A stretch of 64,000 nucleotides of DNA from a bacterium. Lineage in GTDB: Bacteria; J088; JAWLBW01. The stretch is from the NCBI GenBank assembly GCA_041690355.1, contig JAWLHK010000004.1:62001-126000 (forward strand). The letters run 5' to 3'. Every line of letters starts with the position of its first letter. Position 1 is the first letter of the stretch. The notes beneath the pieces are model-generated. The model had not been told where the DNA came from. It saw only the letters and a list, made by a program, of their open reading frames with translations, and searched no databases. Shown here piece after piece: positions 18,843 through 29,617 of the stretch. A program made the translations under genes and the position numbers.

Positions 18843-19250
18843 TCAACCCGCGAACGCCCACCAGGCCAGGACGCCGAGCACGAGAATCATGACGCCGCAG
18901 CCTGCCAGTCCGGCGCCCGGAGACAACTCATGCTCGGGGACAGCGACGTCCGTAAGATCTTCGCCCTCCTCACCGAAGACACGCGCATTCAAGCAGACTG
19001 CGAGCTGCTGCATCTTCCGCAAAGCCGCATGGGAGGGCGTAGTGACCGAGATCGCGCCCGACTCGAACACAAAGGAGACCGGGCTCGATTCCGCGGAGAC
19101 CCGCCACGGGAATTCGTACGGGCCCGCCTCGGATTCGGCGGACGTGCAGGACAGTTCGCCGAACGAGGCGTCTTCGGCGATAGCCGCGCGCACATCGGCG
19201 ACACACAGGCCGGGGCCGTTCGGGCGTCTTATGGTTACGACGTAGCTCAT
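18843..19250 (-). CDS. Hypothetical protein with C-terminal TM helix
   Basis: MSYVVTIRR...LNARVFGEEGE; cassette-like in size. Confidence 0.6.
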   Translation of the reverse strand: MSYVVTIRRPNGPGLCVADVRAAIAEDASFGELSCTSAESEAGPYEFPWRVSAESSPVSFVFESGAISVTTPSHAALRKMQQLAVCLNARVFGEEGEDLTDVAVPEHELSPGAGLAGCGVMILVLGVLAWWAFAG

Positions 19251-19394
19251 CTTGCTGCCTGCCATTCAGCGGTGCGCCTGCAGGGAGCGCCGCGTACCCA
19301 TCATATCGCCTCGCCCTTTCGCGTCGCAACGGAATGCTCGGGGGCGTCCGGAGCGAACAAGCCGCTCTCAGGAGCCGAGGGGCTCCTGCCGCAA

Positions 19395-20459
19395 CTAGAA
19401 CTGAATCCCGTCCAGCTTGCTGGTATCCAGCAAGGGCATCGTTATGTCGCGATCGAAGATGATGGTGCCCAGCGACGGCGGAACTTCGAACTGCTTATCC
19501 GCCGGGAAGGCATATACATTCATGGTCGCGCACATCTCGCCGTATTGCCCGAATCCGTAGGTGAGCTCGTGATCGGTCTGGTTGAGGTAATGGCAGGTAA
19601 ACGTGATCCCCATCCCCTTCTTCAGGCTGATGGGCGGATCCACGACCACGATGTTGGGGCTGTCCCACTGTTCATTGGTGTAGATCACCTTGTCGAGCGT
19701 TCTGGTTCCGTCATAGATACGCGCTTCGAATTTCGTGAGATACGCATGCGCGTGCGACGCGAGGAGAACGAGGTCGAGGTCGAACGGCACGATGCACGTG
19801 CCGGTAATCTCGCCCTCAGACTGCGGAGCGACCGTGATGTCGCGGTTGTCGCAATTCAGAATATTGGCCGGATGCGGCGTCTCATCCAGCGGCCGGGTAT
19901 AGACATTGAAGCGGCCATGAATGTTGACTTCCTTCCCCGACAGATTGAGCACGTGGTGACTGGTGATAAAGCGACCTGGGGTGGCAATGGCCAGGCCGTA
20001 CCCCTCGGGCATGCGGTACGAGTACTCGCCGACGCCCGCGCCGAACACCAGTTTTCCCTGGTTGAGGCCTTCATGGTCGGGGCGTACTGAATTCTCGAGG
20101 TCGTTTTCGAAGGGGACCAATGGCGAGTCGCCGACGCACGGCGCCTGCTCGGTCAATGGCTCGGGGCTGTGGGCCATGAAGAAGTGATGGGTTCCCCGCG
20201 ACAGATCCGAGTCGACGCCCGTAATCGCGAACGGTGTTTCCGCATACGGAGAGGGGATGGGCATCTGCAAGCAGTACATGGCCTCGGAATAGGCCGCGAG
20301 CGCAAAGGTTCCCGGGTCCAACTGAAACCCGCCGTCTGCCGGCGGGGGGGCCAGCGAGGATCCATCCGGGTCTTTGTCGGCGGCAAGTCCACAGGCCATC
20401 ATGGAGGCAAACGCGACAGGCAGGAGCGTCGCTGCCAGGGTTCTCGATATGGTCGTCAC
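19395..20459 (-). CDS. Copper type II ascorbate-dependent monooxygenase-like (PHM/DBH fold) lipoprotein
   Basis: Candidate Cu ligands THHF, SHH, SHAH and GEMC; lipobox-like MMAC. Confidence 0.7.
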   Translation of the reverse strand: MTTISRTLAATLLPVAFASMMACGLAADKDPDGSSLAPPPADGGFQLDPGTFALAAYSEAMYCLQMPIPSPYAETPFAITGVDSDLSRGTHHFFMAHSPEPLTEQAPCVGDSPLVPFENDLENSVRPDHEGLNQGKLVFGAGVGEYSYRMPEGYGLAIATPGRFITSHHVLNLSGKEVNIHGRFNVYTRPLDETPHPANILNCDNRDITVAPQSEGEITGTCIVPFDLDLVLLASHAHAYLTKFEARIYDGTRTLDKVIYTNEQWDSPNIVVVDPPISLKKGMGITFTCHYLNQTDHELTYGFGQYGEMCATMNVYAFPADKQFEVPPSLGTIIFDRDITMPLLDTSKLDGIQF

Positions 20460-21148
20460 CGGGGCTCTCCTTTACCCGTCCTTGGGGAACGGCTCACGTG
20501 TTTCGATCCCGTCCGGCTCGGCGCGGATTCGGCCTCGAGCGCCACGAGTTCGGACGGACGCACGGCGCCGCCCGCCCAGATGGCGAGATGCTGCCGGAGG
20601 ACGGCCGCGGGGGGCTGGTTCATTTGCCTGCAATAGTGGACGTCGGCCGCCCGCTCGATCAACGCTTTCAGGGCGTGCAGCGCGATGGTCGGGTCCCGAT
20701 CTTCGCGCACGATGGCGACGAGGTTCCGGCCTCCCTGCATCATGAAGGCAGCGTATTCTTGATCGATGATCGCCTGGGCTTCGGGAAAATCGCGGGCCAG
20801 CTGGCGCCAGAAATCCGGGCTGAAGGACGTCACATAGGCTATCCAGCTGGCGGCGAGTCGATGGATGCGGTGCAGGGCAGGCATCCTGGCCTTGAGTTGG
20901 ATGTCGCGCATGGTCTGCCAACCGGCGACCCGGTGCCTGATGAGCGCGGTGACGAGGTCTGCTTTGCCTGGGAAGTGGCGATAGAGCGTCCGGGTGCTGA
21001 TCCCCAGCTCCGAGGCCAGCCGCGTCATGCCAACATGCCGCGGTCCGACGGCTCGGGCCGCCTGCTCGAATTTTTCGAGAACACGGATTTCCTCGGTGGA
21101 GAAGTCTGCGGGACGACCGGAGGCAGGAGAAACGATGGTTTCGGGCAT
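20456..21148 (-). CDS. TetR-family regulator
   Basis: LASELGISTRTLYRHFPGKADL HTH; stop overlaps the monooxygenase start. Confidence 0.85.
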   Translation of the reverse strand: MPETIVSPASGRPADFSTEEIRVLEKFEQAARAVGPRHVGMTRLASELGISTRTLYRHFPGKADLVTALIRHRVAGWQTMRDIQLKARMPALHRIHRLAASWIAYVTSFSPDFWRQLARDFPEAQAIIDQEYAAFMMQGGRNLVAIVREDRDPTIALHALKALIERAADVHYCRQMNQPPAAVLRQHLAIWAGGAVRPSELVALEAESAPSRTGSKHVSRSPRTGKGEPR

Positions 21149-21569
21149 GGAGGCATCCCCCTGGGGGCTTGGAAAATTTCGAGTACCATACATTTTCCGC
21201 ATTTTCTACCGCCCGGTACCTGCACGGTTCCCCGTTCCAGAAGAGCTTCCGCGGAAACGGGGGTTCCTGGCTTAGGCCTCACGGCGACAGACGTCGCGTT
21301 GTCGGAAGCTCGCTCAGGTCCTGAGGACTTTCCGGAGGCGGACGATGGGACGAAGCAGCCGGCCCGGCAGGCGCAGGGGACTTTTCCCGATCGCGCGGCG
21401 GGCGGCCGGACGGGCGCGAATCAAAGCCGGCGTCGCACAAGGAGCGCACGTGCCAAAAGGCCAGCCGAGAACAGGGGCGTCAGCAGGCCGGGCTCTCCAC
21501 TTTTCCTTGCGGGATGAACTCGCATTTCCAGTCGACGACTCTGACCCTGGAACCCCGGAAGTCCTGCCC

Positions 21570-22001
21570 TCAGTCGCGCAGCGGGTTGACCCAGCGCACG
21601 CCTTCGAAGCGGGCAAAGTCACTGTCGTTCGAAAAGATTTCTGCGCCGTACTCCATGGCAAAGGCAGCGATCTGAACGTCAGTGGTAAGATTGCCGCCCG
21701 TGCCGAGTGAGCGGAGCAGTCGAAAGGCTGTTTCCAGATGGCGAGTACCGGCGACGAGCAGGTTTGCCTGCGGTCGTTCAAGCCAGCGTTCAACGCGGCC
21801 GATCGCATCTTCGACAGGCAGCGGGTCGGTGAGGACGCGGCGGTTTGTGGCGAGACGAATGAACCCGAAAACGCAGACAGGTGCAAAACCGATCTGACGC
21901 GAGTCATTCATCACCCCTTCAAACCACCTTCGCGCCTTCACGTGCTGCGGAAACGCGTCGATCTCGGCATAGAGCAGAAGGTTGATGTCGGGGACAATCA
22001 C
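21570..22001 (-). CDS. vapC: VapC PIN-domain toxin
   Basis: IVPDINLLLYA, GNLTTDVQIAA, SNDSDFARF, WVNPL. Confidence 0.9.
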   Translation of the reverse strand: MIVPDINLLLYAEIDAFPQHVKARRWFEGVMNDSRQIGFAPVCVFGFIRLATNRRVLTDPLPVEDAIGRVERWLERPQANLLVAGTRHLETAFRLLRSLGTGGNLTTDVQIAAFAMEYGAEIFSNDSDFARFEGVRWVNPLRD

Positions 22002-22264
22002 CGCCCACCACGCAGGCGCCCGGAGATCGCGTCATCCTCGAGTTCGTCGGCCAGGCGGTTCAGCGCTCCGGAGTCGATCCCCGGCCGGAGGCTCGTCCGG
22101 TGGGGTTTCACACGAAACTTGCCTCGTGGCTCAGCCTGGCCGGAGGATGCGAGCCCTCTTCTGAGCGCGTCGTTCACGACGTCTTTAAATGGCCGGCGCT
22201 GGCGATGCACTTCGTCCCGCAGTAATTTCTCGACGTCCGGCTCAAGCGTCAAGGTGGTTCTCAT
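21998..22264 (-). CDS. vapB: VapB-type (RHH) antitoxin
   Basis: MRTTLTLEPDV...FKDVVNDALRRGL; overlaps the vapC start. Confidence 0.85.
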   Translation of the reverse strand: MRTTLTLEPDVEKLLRDEVHRQRRPFKDVVNDALRRGLASSGQAEPRGKFRVKPHRTSLRPGIDSGALNRLADELEDDAISGRLRGGR

Positions 22265-22266
22265 AC

Positions 22267-22282
22267 AGACATCATGATGTCT
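22267..22282. promoter_or_regulatory. Perfect 16-bp palindrome, probable TA autoregulation operator
   Basis: AGACATCATGATGTCT immediately upstream of the antitoxin ATG. Confidence 0.6.
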
Positions 22283-22568
22283 ATACGACTCTCTGTCAAG
22301 ATGTGTTCCCCCCGAGCGCCTGAAAGCGCGACACGCCAGCCGTAGCAAGCCTTATCGAGATGGCGCGAACCACGCGCGAGAGCGGAATCGGGCCATCCGA
22401 CAGCTCGGGGATGTCGGGCTGTCTCCGAAAGGTTCCTCTGCGAGGTCTGGAGCGTGCCGCCCGAGCGACATCCTTTTCGATGGCCACGGTTCAGGTGCTC
22501 ACATCCTGCTTGCGGAAATCGGATAGCGGCATCCATCTTTAACCGTTACACTGCGGAGTCGTTACGCC

Positions 22569-22850
22569 TTGTGCGGCCTTCCGGTTCTGGGCTTGCGCGC
22601 CAGTGAAAGCGTCTCGAGCCGCAGCTCGGCCGAGGCGATCAACGGCAGCGTCATCTCCTCGGCGGGCGACAACGGCGGCATCGCACCGGCAGCTACGCGA
22701 CAACTGGTCGACCATGGCGAAACCGTTGATTTGACCTTTGCGCCCGATGCGAATTACACGATGGAATCGGACATCACCACGTGCGGCAGTGACTGCTTCG
22801 CGCAGCTCACCTTCATGGTTCAGGCGATCGGAGTGATGCCGCACAATTGA
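22569..22850 (+). pseudogene. Fragment of an InlB B-repeat-like domain
   Basis: SSAGDNGGIAP...VDHGETVDLTFAPDANY...TTCG resembles the repeat in the following gene; no signal peptide. Confidence 0.45.
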
Positions 22851-22866
22851 CCTCACTGGAGCCCCC

Positions 22867-25800
22867 ATGCTACGTCGTATTCTTGTTGGTGTCCTCTTTG
22901 CACTGTCCTCGCTTATCGCCTGCAGTGATGAACCCGCACCGGACAGGCGCAACCAGGATCTGCCCGATGATTCGGATGATGATCTGGACCCCGAGACAGT
23001 TACGATTCAGGCCATCGCAGGCGCCGGCGGAAGCATTGTGCCGGCCAGCCTTCAGGTTGTCGTCGGCGAAACCGGTGCGTTCACCGTTACGCCTGACGTG
23101 GGGCATGAAATCGCCGGAGTCTCCGGATGCGGAGGGACGCTTGACGGCGCCTCGTTCAGCACGGCAGCGGTAGTCGAAGATTGCCAGGTTGAAGCGACGT
23201 TCGAGAAATTGAGTTATGCAATCGGGGGCACGGTCGCCGGCCTGGAGGGCGCCGGGCTCATCCTGCAGCTGAACGGCGGCGGCGACTTACCCATCACCGC
23301 GAATGGCTCCTTTGTCTTTACCACTCCGCTGGATTTCGGGAGCACGTATGCGGTAACCGTGGCGCAGCAGCCCGGCGAGCCGGCCCAGATCTGTTCGGTC
23401 GAGCAAGGTGCCGGTGAAGTGGAAGACACCGTTACGAATATCCAGGTCAGCTGCATAACACAGTATCCGCTGGCCGTTACCGTGGCAGGCCTGGAAGGCG
23501 GCAGCGTGCTTCTTCGTACGCATGCCGGCGACGAACTGCTGGCGGATGAGAACGGAACCTATGTTTTCACAGCGCTGTATGCCGAAGGCACTGACTATAC
23601 CGTCACGGTTGCCACCCAGCCCGCTACGCCGGGACGCAGCTGCAAAGTGCATGGCGCCACCGGTACGTTGGAACGGCCGGCGTGGGCCCGGGTGCAGTGC
23701 AGCAATTACGCATTGCACTTCGGTGGCGGCAACGGCCAGGTTACCTTTGCACCGGATTTACCGCTTCCGGCAAACGGCGCAGCGTACACCGTCGAGGCCT
23801 GGATCCGCCCCGAGCAGATGGGCCTTCAGGGTATCGTGACCTGGGGCAACCTGGGCAGCGATAATCAGTCCATGGTACTGGGCCTGACCGCCACCGCTCT
23901 GCAGGTATCCTGGCGCGGAAGCGGAAATGTGCTGGAGGCGCCGGTGTCTGATCTCTCCGACACATGGCATCATGTGGCGGCAACGTGGGATGGAGCGACG
24001 CGCAAACTGTTTCTCGACGGCGTCGAGGTGGCCGCCGAGGCCGCCGCGCTCCATGCCGTGCCCGACGGAAGCAATTTTCGTATCGGCCAGGGATTTGCCG
24101 GCCAGTTCTTCAACGGCGCCATCGACGATGTGCGCATCTGGGGCGCCCCGTTAACCGCGGCGACGCTTCAGGCGTGGCGGTTTACCGATGTCATGGATGA
24201 GCACCCCCACCTGGCCGATCTGGTCGGCGCCTGGTCGTTCCGGGCCGGCCTGGGCGACAAGGTTACCGAGGCGACCGGCAAGGGCACGGCATTTAATGGT
24301 CTTCTGGAAGGTGACGTCACCTGGGAGCGGGTCCATGCCCGGGTCAGTGTGACGCCAGCGGCCCTGCGCATCAACACCGACGGCTCGCCCGCAGCGCTTG
24401 CCGCCGCGGCCTACGACGAATATCACAATCCCGTCTCCATCGCGACGTGGTCGTGGGAAAGCGATCATGCGGCGCGCGTAACCGTCGTGGGCGATGGCGC
24501 CGATGCCGTTGTGCAATCGACGACGACCGATACGGGCTTCGGCCATGTGACCGTCGCCGTTGAGGAGCTGGGTGCTTCTGCGACGGCGCTCATTTACGCG
24601 CGCCCGCTCGGCACGTCAGGCACGAGGCAGGTGATCATGGTAAACCACCTGCAGCAATCGAACCCTGTCCGCGGCGTAACCTGGGGCGACGCGTTTGCAA
24701 GGCTCGATGAAGCGCTCCTGGTTGCCGGCGAATACGACGACATCTGGGTTGCCGAAGGTACTTACACCCCCAGCCCGGGCTCGGATCGAAGGGCCGGCTT
24801 CAACCTGAAAAACGGCATGCGCATCTATGGCGGCTTCGACGGCGTCGATACCCGGTTCAATCGCCGGAACCCGGGTACGTATGTGACGACCCTCTCGGGG
24901 GTGTTGCCCGACGGCATTTCCCGCAGCTATCAGGTTGTGAAGGGCGTCAATCTCGATGCCACAGCCTTGTTCGATGGCTTTACCATCACGGGCGGACGCG
25001 CCGATGGCCTCGGTGACCTCGGTTCCGGCGGCGGCCTGTTCCTGTTGAATTCAGCGCCGACCCTGGGTCAGTTGGTCTTCCGCGGAAACCAGGCGGTTTA
25101 TGGCGGCGGTCTTGCGGCCACTGCCAGTAACGTCACCCTCACCAACGCCTATTTCGAAGCCAACACGGCGACCACCGGCGGCGGCCTGTACGCCGACGGC
25201 GGCAGCCTGCAGTTGACAACCGTTGACTTTACAGAAAACCTGAGCAGCAGTGCCGGCGGCGGGTTCCGAACCGTGGCCGCCAGCCCGGTGACCGTGTCCG
25301 ATGTCAGCCTGCTCCAGAATAGCGCCAGCTCGGGTGGCGGCGCCTATGTTGCCGACGCCGGCTCTGCATCGTTCAGCAATTCCGTCTTTGAAGGGAATCT
25401 GGCCACGACGTCGGGGGGCGGACTCTGGGGTAACGGCAGCGTAACCTTGAGCAACGTCAACTTCCAGGCGAATGTGGCCCGCTCCAGCGGCGGCGGCATG
25501 TGGAGCCAGAACAACCATGGCTTCTTTACCGACGTCGTCTTTTCGGAGAATTCGGTGGAGAATACCGACGGCCTGGGCAGTGGCGGTGGGGGTGGACTCT
25601 ATCTGACGTCCGGAATGGACGTCGCCCCCCAGATGAACCGGGTTCAGTTTCTGTCGAATCACGCCCGAACCGGCGGCGCAATGACTCTGCTCAATACCAC
25701 GCCGGTCATCACGAACAGCCTGTTCCGCGGAAATCATGTGACGACCCAGGATCACATCACGCCCGCGGGGGGGGCCATCTGGCTCCAGACCACGTCCAAT

Positions 25801-26400
25801 CTGACCACGACTCTCACCAACGTCGTGTTTGTGGGCAACACGGCTACCACCGGTGGCGCGATATACGGCAAAAATCAGAATTCCTACGTGCGCATGACGC
25901 GGCTGAATGTTCAGAACGCCACGTTTGCCGGGAACGCCGGCCGCCCGGGCGGCATCCTTTTCACAGGGCGCTACCTGCGCGTGAAGAATTCGATCATGTG
26001 GGATAACGATTCGACCACCAGTGGCTTCGGAACGAATCTGCATCATTTCTACGACGTCAATGACGGCACCGATGCCGAGGTGGTGGTTGAAGATTCGCTG
26101 CTGGAGGGGGGCTGCACGCTCGACAGCATATCCGGCAATCATTCGACGAGCTACAGCGCCCTGACGTGCACCAATGTGCTGACGGCAGACCCGCTCTTCG
26201 TGCAGAGCCCGGTCGGCACCGACGGCATTGCCGGTACCGGAGACGACATCGCGGGTAATCTGCAACTCCAGGCCGGCTCTCCGGCACTGGATGTGGGCGA
26301 CAATACGGTCTTTGATGGAGTCGTCAGCCCCGTCGACCTGGCGGCAAGCCCGCGAATCGTCAATACGACCGTTGACCTGGGGGCTTATGAGCGGCAGTGA
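22867..26400 (+). CDS. Large surface lipoprotein: InlB-B-like/Ig repeats, LamG, right-handed beta-helix, choice-of-anchor-Q-like C-terminus
   Basis: 1177 aa; LIAC lipobox; YTVEAWIRP/WHHVAATWDG/FNGAIDDVRIW (LamG); IWVAEGTYTP; GGG/FxxN repeats; ends PRIVNTTVDLGAYERQ. Confidence 0.85.
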   Translation: MLRRILVGVLFALSSLIACSDEPAPDRRNQDLPDDSDDDLDPETVTIQAIAGAGGSIVPASLQVVVGETGAFTVTPDVGHEIAGVSGCGGTLDGASFSTAAVVEDCQVEATFEKLSYAIGGTVAGLEGAGLILQLNGGGDLPITANGSFVFTTPLDFGSTYAVTVAQQPGEPAQICSVEQGAGEVEDTVTNIQVSCITQYPLAVTVAGLEGGSVLLRTHAGDELLADENGTYVFTALYAEGTDYTVTVATQPATPGRSCKVHGATGTLERPAWARVQCSNYALHFGGGNGQVTFAPDLPLPANGAAYTVEAWIRPEQMGLQGIVTWGNLGSDNQSMVLGLTATALQVSWRGSGNVLEAPVSDLSDTWHHVAATWDGATRKLFLDGVEVAAEAAALHAVPDGSNFRIGQGFAGQFFNGAIDDVRIWGAPLTAATLQAWRFTDVMDEHPHLADLVGAWSFRAGLGDKVTEATGKGTAFNGLLEGDVTWERVHARVSVTPAALRINTDGSPAALAAAAYDEYHNPVSIATWSWESDHAARVTVVGDGADAVVQSTTTDTGFGHVTVAVEELGASATALIYARPLGTSGTRQVIMVNHLQQSNPVRGVTWGDAFARLDEALLVAGEYDDIWVAEGTYTPSPGSDRRAGFNLKNGMRIYGGFDGVDTRFNRRNPGTYVTTLSGVLPDGISRSYQVVKGVNLDATALFDGFTITGGRADGLGDLGSGGGLFLLNSAPTLGQLVFRGNQAVYGGGLAATASNVTLTNAYFEANTATTGGGLYADGGSLQLTTVDFTENLSSSAGGGFRTVAASPVTVSDVSLLQNSASSGGGAYVADAGSASFSNSVFEGNLATTSGGGLWGNGSVTLSNVNFQANVARSSGGGMWSQNNHGFFTDVVFSENSVENTDGLGSGGGGGLYLTSGMDVAPQMNRVQFLSNHARTGGAMTLLNTTPVITNSLFRGNHVTTQDHITPAGGAIWLQTTSNLTTTLTNVVFVGNTATTGGAIYGKNQNSYVRMTRLNVQNATFAGNAGRPGGILFTGRYLRVKNSIMWDNDSTTSGFGTNLHHFYDVNDGTDAEVVVEDSLLEGGCTLDSISGNHSTSYSALTCTNVLTADPLFVQSPVGTDGIAGTGDDIAGNLQLQAGSPALDVGDNTVFDGVVSPVDLAASPRIVNTTVDLGAYERQ

Positions 26401-26445
26401 TCGAGCCCCCTGCGAATGGCCACGACGGCAGACTCACGGCCCGCG

Positions 26446-27489
26446 TCAGACCAAGCGGGCAAGCTCTCTCGAAGGCGATTCCCCGAAAAGCCGTTTGTAG
26501 TCACTGGCGAAGCGGCCGAGGTGGAGAAAGCCATAGCGAAGCGCGACCGTGGTCACTGTCGTCTCGGCGCCCAAGGCAAGCAGCTCGCTGCGCACGCGGT
26601 TGAGGCGGCACACCCGCAGGTAGGCGAGCGGCGTCATTCCCACGTAGCGCCGGAACGCGTACTGAAGCGTGCGCTCCGAGACATTCACGGCCGTGCAGAT
26701 TTCGGGAATCGTGGGGACAAAGCCCGCGGCAAGGCTGTCTGCAATCAAGGCACGTGCCTTGCGGCAGACGTCGAATGCGCGTGCCCGGTCGCGCGCGTGT
26801 GGCAGCGCGTTGCCCGACGTCGAGCCCACGGTACTCATCAGGACCAACTGCAACGTCAGGTCTCGCAGAACGGACGGATCCAGTGAATGTCCCGAAGCCG
26901 CGGCCCGTTCAATCTGGGCGACGGCATCCAGGAAAGCCGTCTGCGGAACGCCCGTAAACATGTCCAGCTGAGCGGGCGGGCGCTCCCACAACTCGGGAGC
27001 GAGCGCCCGTGCGCCTCGGACGAACTCATCCTGGTCAAAGCTGACATAGGTCGTGCAGGCTCCGGCCGGCACGTGGATGTCGAACTCCGTGTTGCGTGGC
27101 AGGAAGAAAACCGCAGCGGCAGCATCCGACGAGAATTCCGAAAGGCGCGAGCCCGGCATCGGGGTGCAGGATGAAACCGTGCATTGATTCTCGCCGGTCG
27201 CACCCAGCTTGTGAATCGCCGCATACTGCGACTCCCTGACGATGTGCCGGCCACCCAGATCCAGAAGGTCAACCTGCGCCAGACGAGTGCCCCGGCTCAG
27301 CTGATAGCACTCCAGCCTGAACCAGGGCTGCATGGAGGCCTGCACCTCGGCGGCCTCGATGGCGACGGAGCGCATGCCGTTTCCGGCGAATGTCATCGCG
27401 CCGTCGGGCGCTTCCTGCGCTACACCTTGTTGTGTCGGCGTGACTTCTCGCGCGATCGCGACGGGTGTTGGATGCCCCTTCATTCCCAT
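26446..27489 (-). CDS. AraC-family regulator (EutR-like)
   Basis: VSERTLQYAF...GMTP...RLNRVR...GFLHLGRFASDYKRLFGESPS; start uncertain. Confidence 0.85.
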   Translation of the reverse strand: MGMKGHPTPVAIAREVTPTQQGVAQEAPDGAMTFAGNGMRSVAIEAAEVQASMQPWFRLECYQLSRGTRLAQVDLLDLGGRHIVRESQYAAIHKLGATGENQCTVSSCTPMPGSRLSEFSSDAAAAVFFLPRNTEFDIHVPAGACTTYVSFDQDEFVRGARALAPELWERPPAQLDMFTGVPQTAFLDAVAQIERAAASGHSLDPSVLRDLTLQLVLMSTVGSTSGNALPHARDRARAFDVCRKARALIADSLAAGFVPTIPEICTAVNVSERTLQYAFRRYVGMTPLAYLRVCRLNRVRSELLALGAETTVTTVALRYGFLHLGRFASDYKRLFGESPSRELARLV

Positions 27490-27542
27490 AGCTCCGGCAA
27501 GACTTCAATGGTAGCAGGAGGCACGCTTCACCCTGCTGGCCG

Positions 27543-29150
27543 CTATTTCACCAACGGCTCAGCCGGCCAGACCGGTGGTTGATCGCCAAGGGGTCCTTCA
27601 TTGGGCTGTACCGGGGGCTTCGGGTCGCGTTTAATCCTGGCAATGACCTGAAACAGATCCGAGCGCCGGTCGAGCAGGGGCGTGACCGTACCTAATGTGC
27701 GCGCTTCATGCAGCGTGTCCAAATCGAGATCGCAGACCAGAACCGTCTCTTCGTTCGAATCGGCTTCGGCGGCAATGCCGTCACGGGCGAACGCAAAGTC
27801 TGACGGGGTAAGTACGGCGGCTTGCCCGTATTGCACGTCCATGTTCATGACGTCCGGCAGATTTCCGACGTTGCCCGCCATGGCGACGTAGACCTGGTTT
27901 TCGATGCATCGCGCCTGCGCGCAGTAGCGCACGCGCAGGTACCCCTGGCGGTTATCGGTGCAGAAGGGAACGAAAATGATCTCGGCGCCCTGGTCGGCCA
28001 GGAACCGGGCCGTCTCGGGAAATTCGGTGTCGTAGCAGATGAGCACGCCGATTTTGGCCTTGGGCGTTTCGATCAGCCGCAGGGTGTCGCCGCCGCTGAT
28101 GCCCCACCAGCGGCTCTCATTGGGCGTGATGTGAAGCTTGGGCTGCTCGACGATGCGCCCGTCGGGAAGGCATACGTAACAGATGTTATACAGCTTTCCG
28201 TCTTTTTCGGTCGGATGGCTGCCGCCGATGATGGTCACGCCGAACCGCAGCGCGAGATCAGACAGTGACTTGGTGAATTTCTCCGTAAACGAGGCCAGGT
28301 GCAGGATCCCCTCCCGCGGCGTGCGCCCGTCGGCCATGGAGAGAAGCTGCATCGAGAAAAGTTCGGGGAGCAGAATATAGTCGGAGCGGTAATCTGCGGC
28401 GATGTCTACAAAGTAGGTCAGCTGCCGCAGAAACTCTTCGTAGCTTTCGATCTTGCGCATCTGATACTGAATGCAGGCCACCCGGACCTTTCGGGCGCCG
28501 CTTACCCGTGGTTTGTAATCGGGGTTGAGCCATTCGATCAGGCTTGCATGGTTCTTGCTCTTGGGATCGCGCAGATAGTTGGGCATCACGCCGCGCAACT
28601 CGAAGCCTTCGCGAAGTTGAAAAGAGAGCACGAGATCGCGGATTTTACCATCCACAACGCGCTGCGCGTATTCCTCGGGTGAACATTGATCGGCGTAATC
28701 CGAATAGTTCCACAAGCGCCCACCGGCTAGGATACGCCGTAGATTCAATTTGCGGCAGAGATCGCGGCGGGCTTCGTAAAGCATGTGTCCGACGCCAAGA
28801 CCCCGGGCATCGGGATGAACATAGACGTCTGCGCCATAGAGCGTGTCGCCGCTCTGATCATGATTCGTAAAGTAGCCGCTGTCGGTGATTCCCGACCAGG
28901 TATGAAGGCGTAGCGGGTTCGGGCCGAGCTTGACGATCAATGAAGCGGCCGCGCCAACGATGCGACCGTCGACTTCGGCGACGAGCTGCCCTTCGGGAAA
29001 CACCGCCAGGTGGCTGGCCAGATGGGTCTCGCCCCAGATGATGTTTTCCTTGGCCAGTACCGGGTACGCGGCCTTGTTGAGCGCGACCAAAGCCGGCAGG
29101 TCGCCCCGCGTGGCCTTGCGTACTACGACTTTGGATTGGGATGAAGACAT
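27543..29150 (-). CDS. Bifunctional GNAT acetyltransferase / carbon-nitrogen hydrolase
   Basis: VHPDARGLGVG (GNAT); nitrilase triad in LPELF, QPKLHIT, LICYDTEFPE. Confidence 0.92.
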   Translation of the reverse strand: MSSSQSKVVVRKATRGDLPALVALNKAAYPVLAKENIIWGETHLASHLAVFPEGQLVAEVDGRIVGAAASLIVKLGPNPLRLHTWSGITDSGYFTNHDQSGDTLYGADVYVHPDARGLGVGHMLYEARRDLCRKLNLRRILAGGRLWNYSDYADQCSPEEYAQRVVDGKIRDLVLSFQLREGFELRGVMPNYLRDPKSKNHASLIEWLNPDYKPRVSGARKVRVACIQYQMRKIESYEEFLRQLTYFVDIAADYRSDYILLPELFSMQLLSMADGRTPREGILHLASFTEKFTKSLSDLALRFGVTIIGGSHPTEKDGKLYNICYVCLPDGRIVEQPKLHITPNESRWWGISGGDTLRLIETPKAKIGVLICYDTEFPETARFLADQGAEIIFVPFCTDNRQGYLRVRYCAQARCIENQVYVAMAGNVGNLPDVMNMDVQYGQAAVLTPSDFAFARDGIAAEADSNEETVLVCDLDLDTLHEARTLGTVTPLLDRRSDLFQVIARIKRDPKPPVQPNEGPLGDQPPVWPAEPLVK

Positions 29151-29262
29151 AGGTAAGTATCGCAGCTCACCATGCGCACTTCAATCCATGCGGGTTTGTT
29201 TCACCGCTCATGAAAGAGCGCCCGCCAAGCGGACCCTATTATGGTGCTATGATGCCAAGGGC

Positions 29263-29576
29263 ATGGCTGAAGCAAAACGAACCACGGTCTACTTTGAAAC
29301 GGACCTGCACCGGGCGCTCCTGCTCAAAGCCGCGGAAACCGCGCGCTCCGTCTCTGCGCTCGTGAACGAAGCCGTTCGCGCGCGGTGGGAAGCTGTAAGG
29401 TCGTTCTCACACGCTCCGCCGCCAGGGAGCTCGAGGACGTTCCCCGGAAGGACCGGCAAAAGATCGTCGCCAGGATGCCGGCACAGGGGAACGATCGTGT
29501 CCTCTACCAGATCGGTGACGGGGCCGTCGTGGTGACCGTAGTTCGGGTCGCCCGCCGCCGCGAAGTGTATCGATGA
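29263..29576 (+). pseudogene. Decayed CopG antitoxin / RelE toxin pair
   Basis: MAEAKRTTVYFETDLHRALLLKAAE...VNEAVR lacks its C-terminus; the RelE-like KVVLTRSAARELEDVP...RVLYQI...VVRVARRREVYR lacks its central part. Confidence 0.7.
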
Positions 29577-29617
29577 TACTCGATAGAGCCCATTTTCGCT
29601 GAACGCGCCCTCAGCGG

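Noticed and set aside
19251-19335. Degenerate attC upstream of the 18843-19250 gene
   Set aside because: Some attC-like stem character, but neither a GTTRRRY nor an RYYYAAC box is present.
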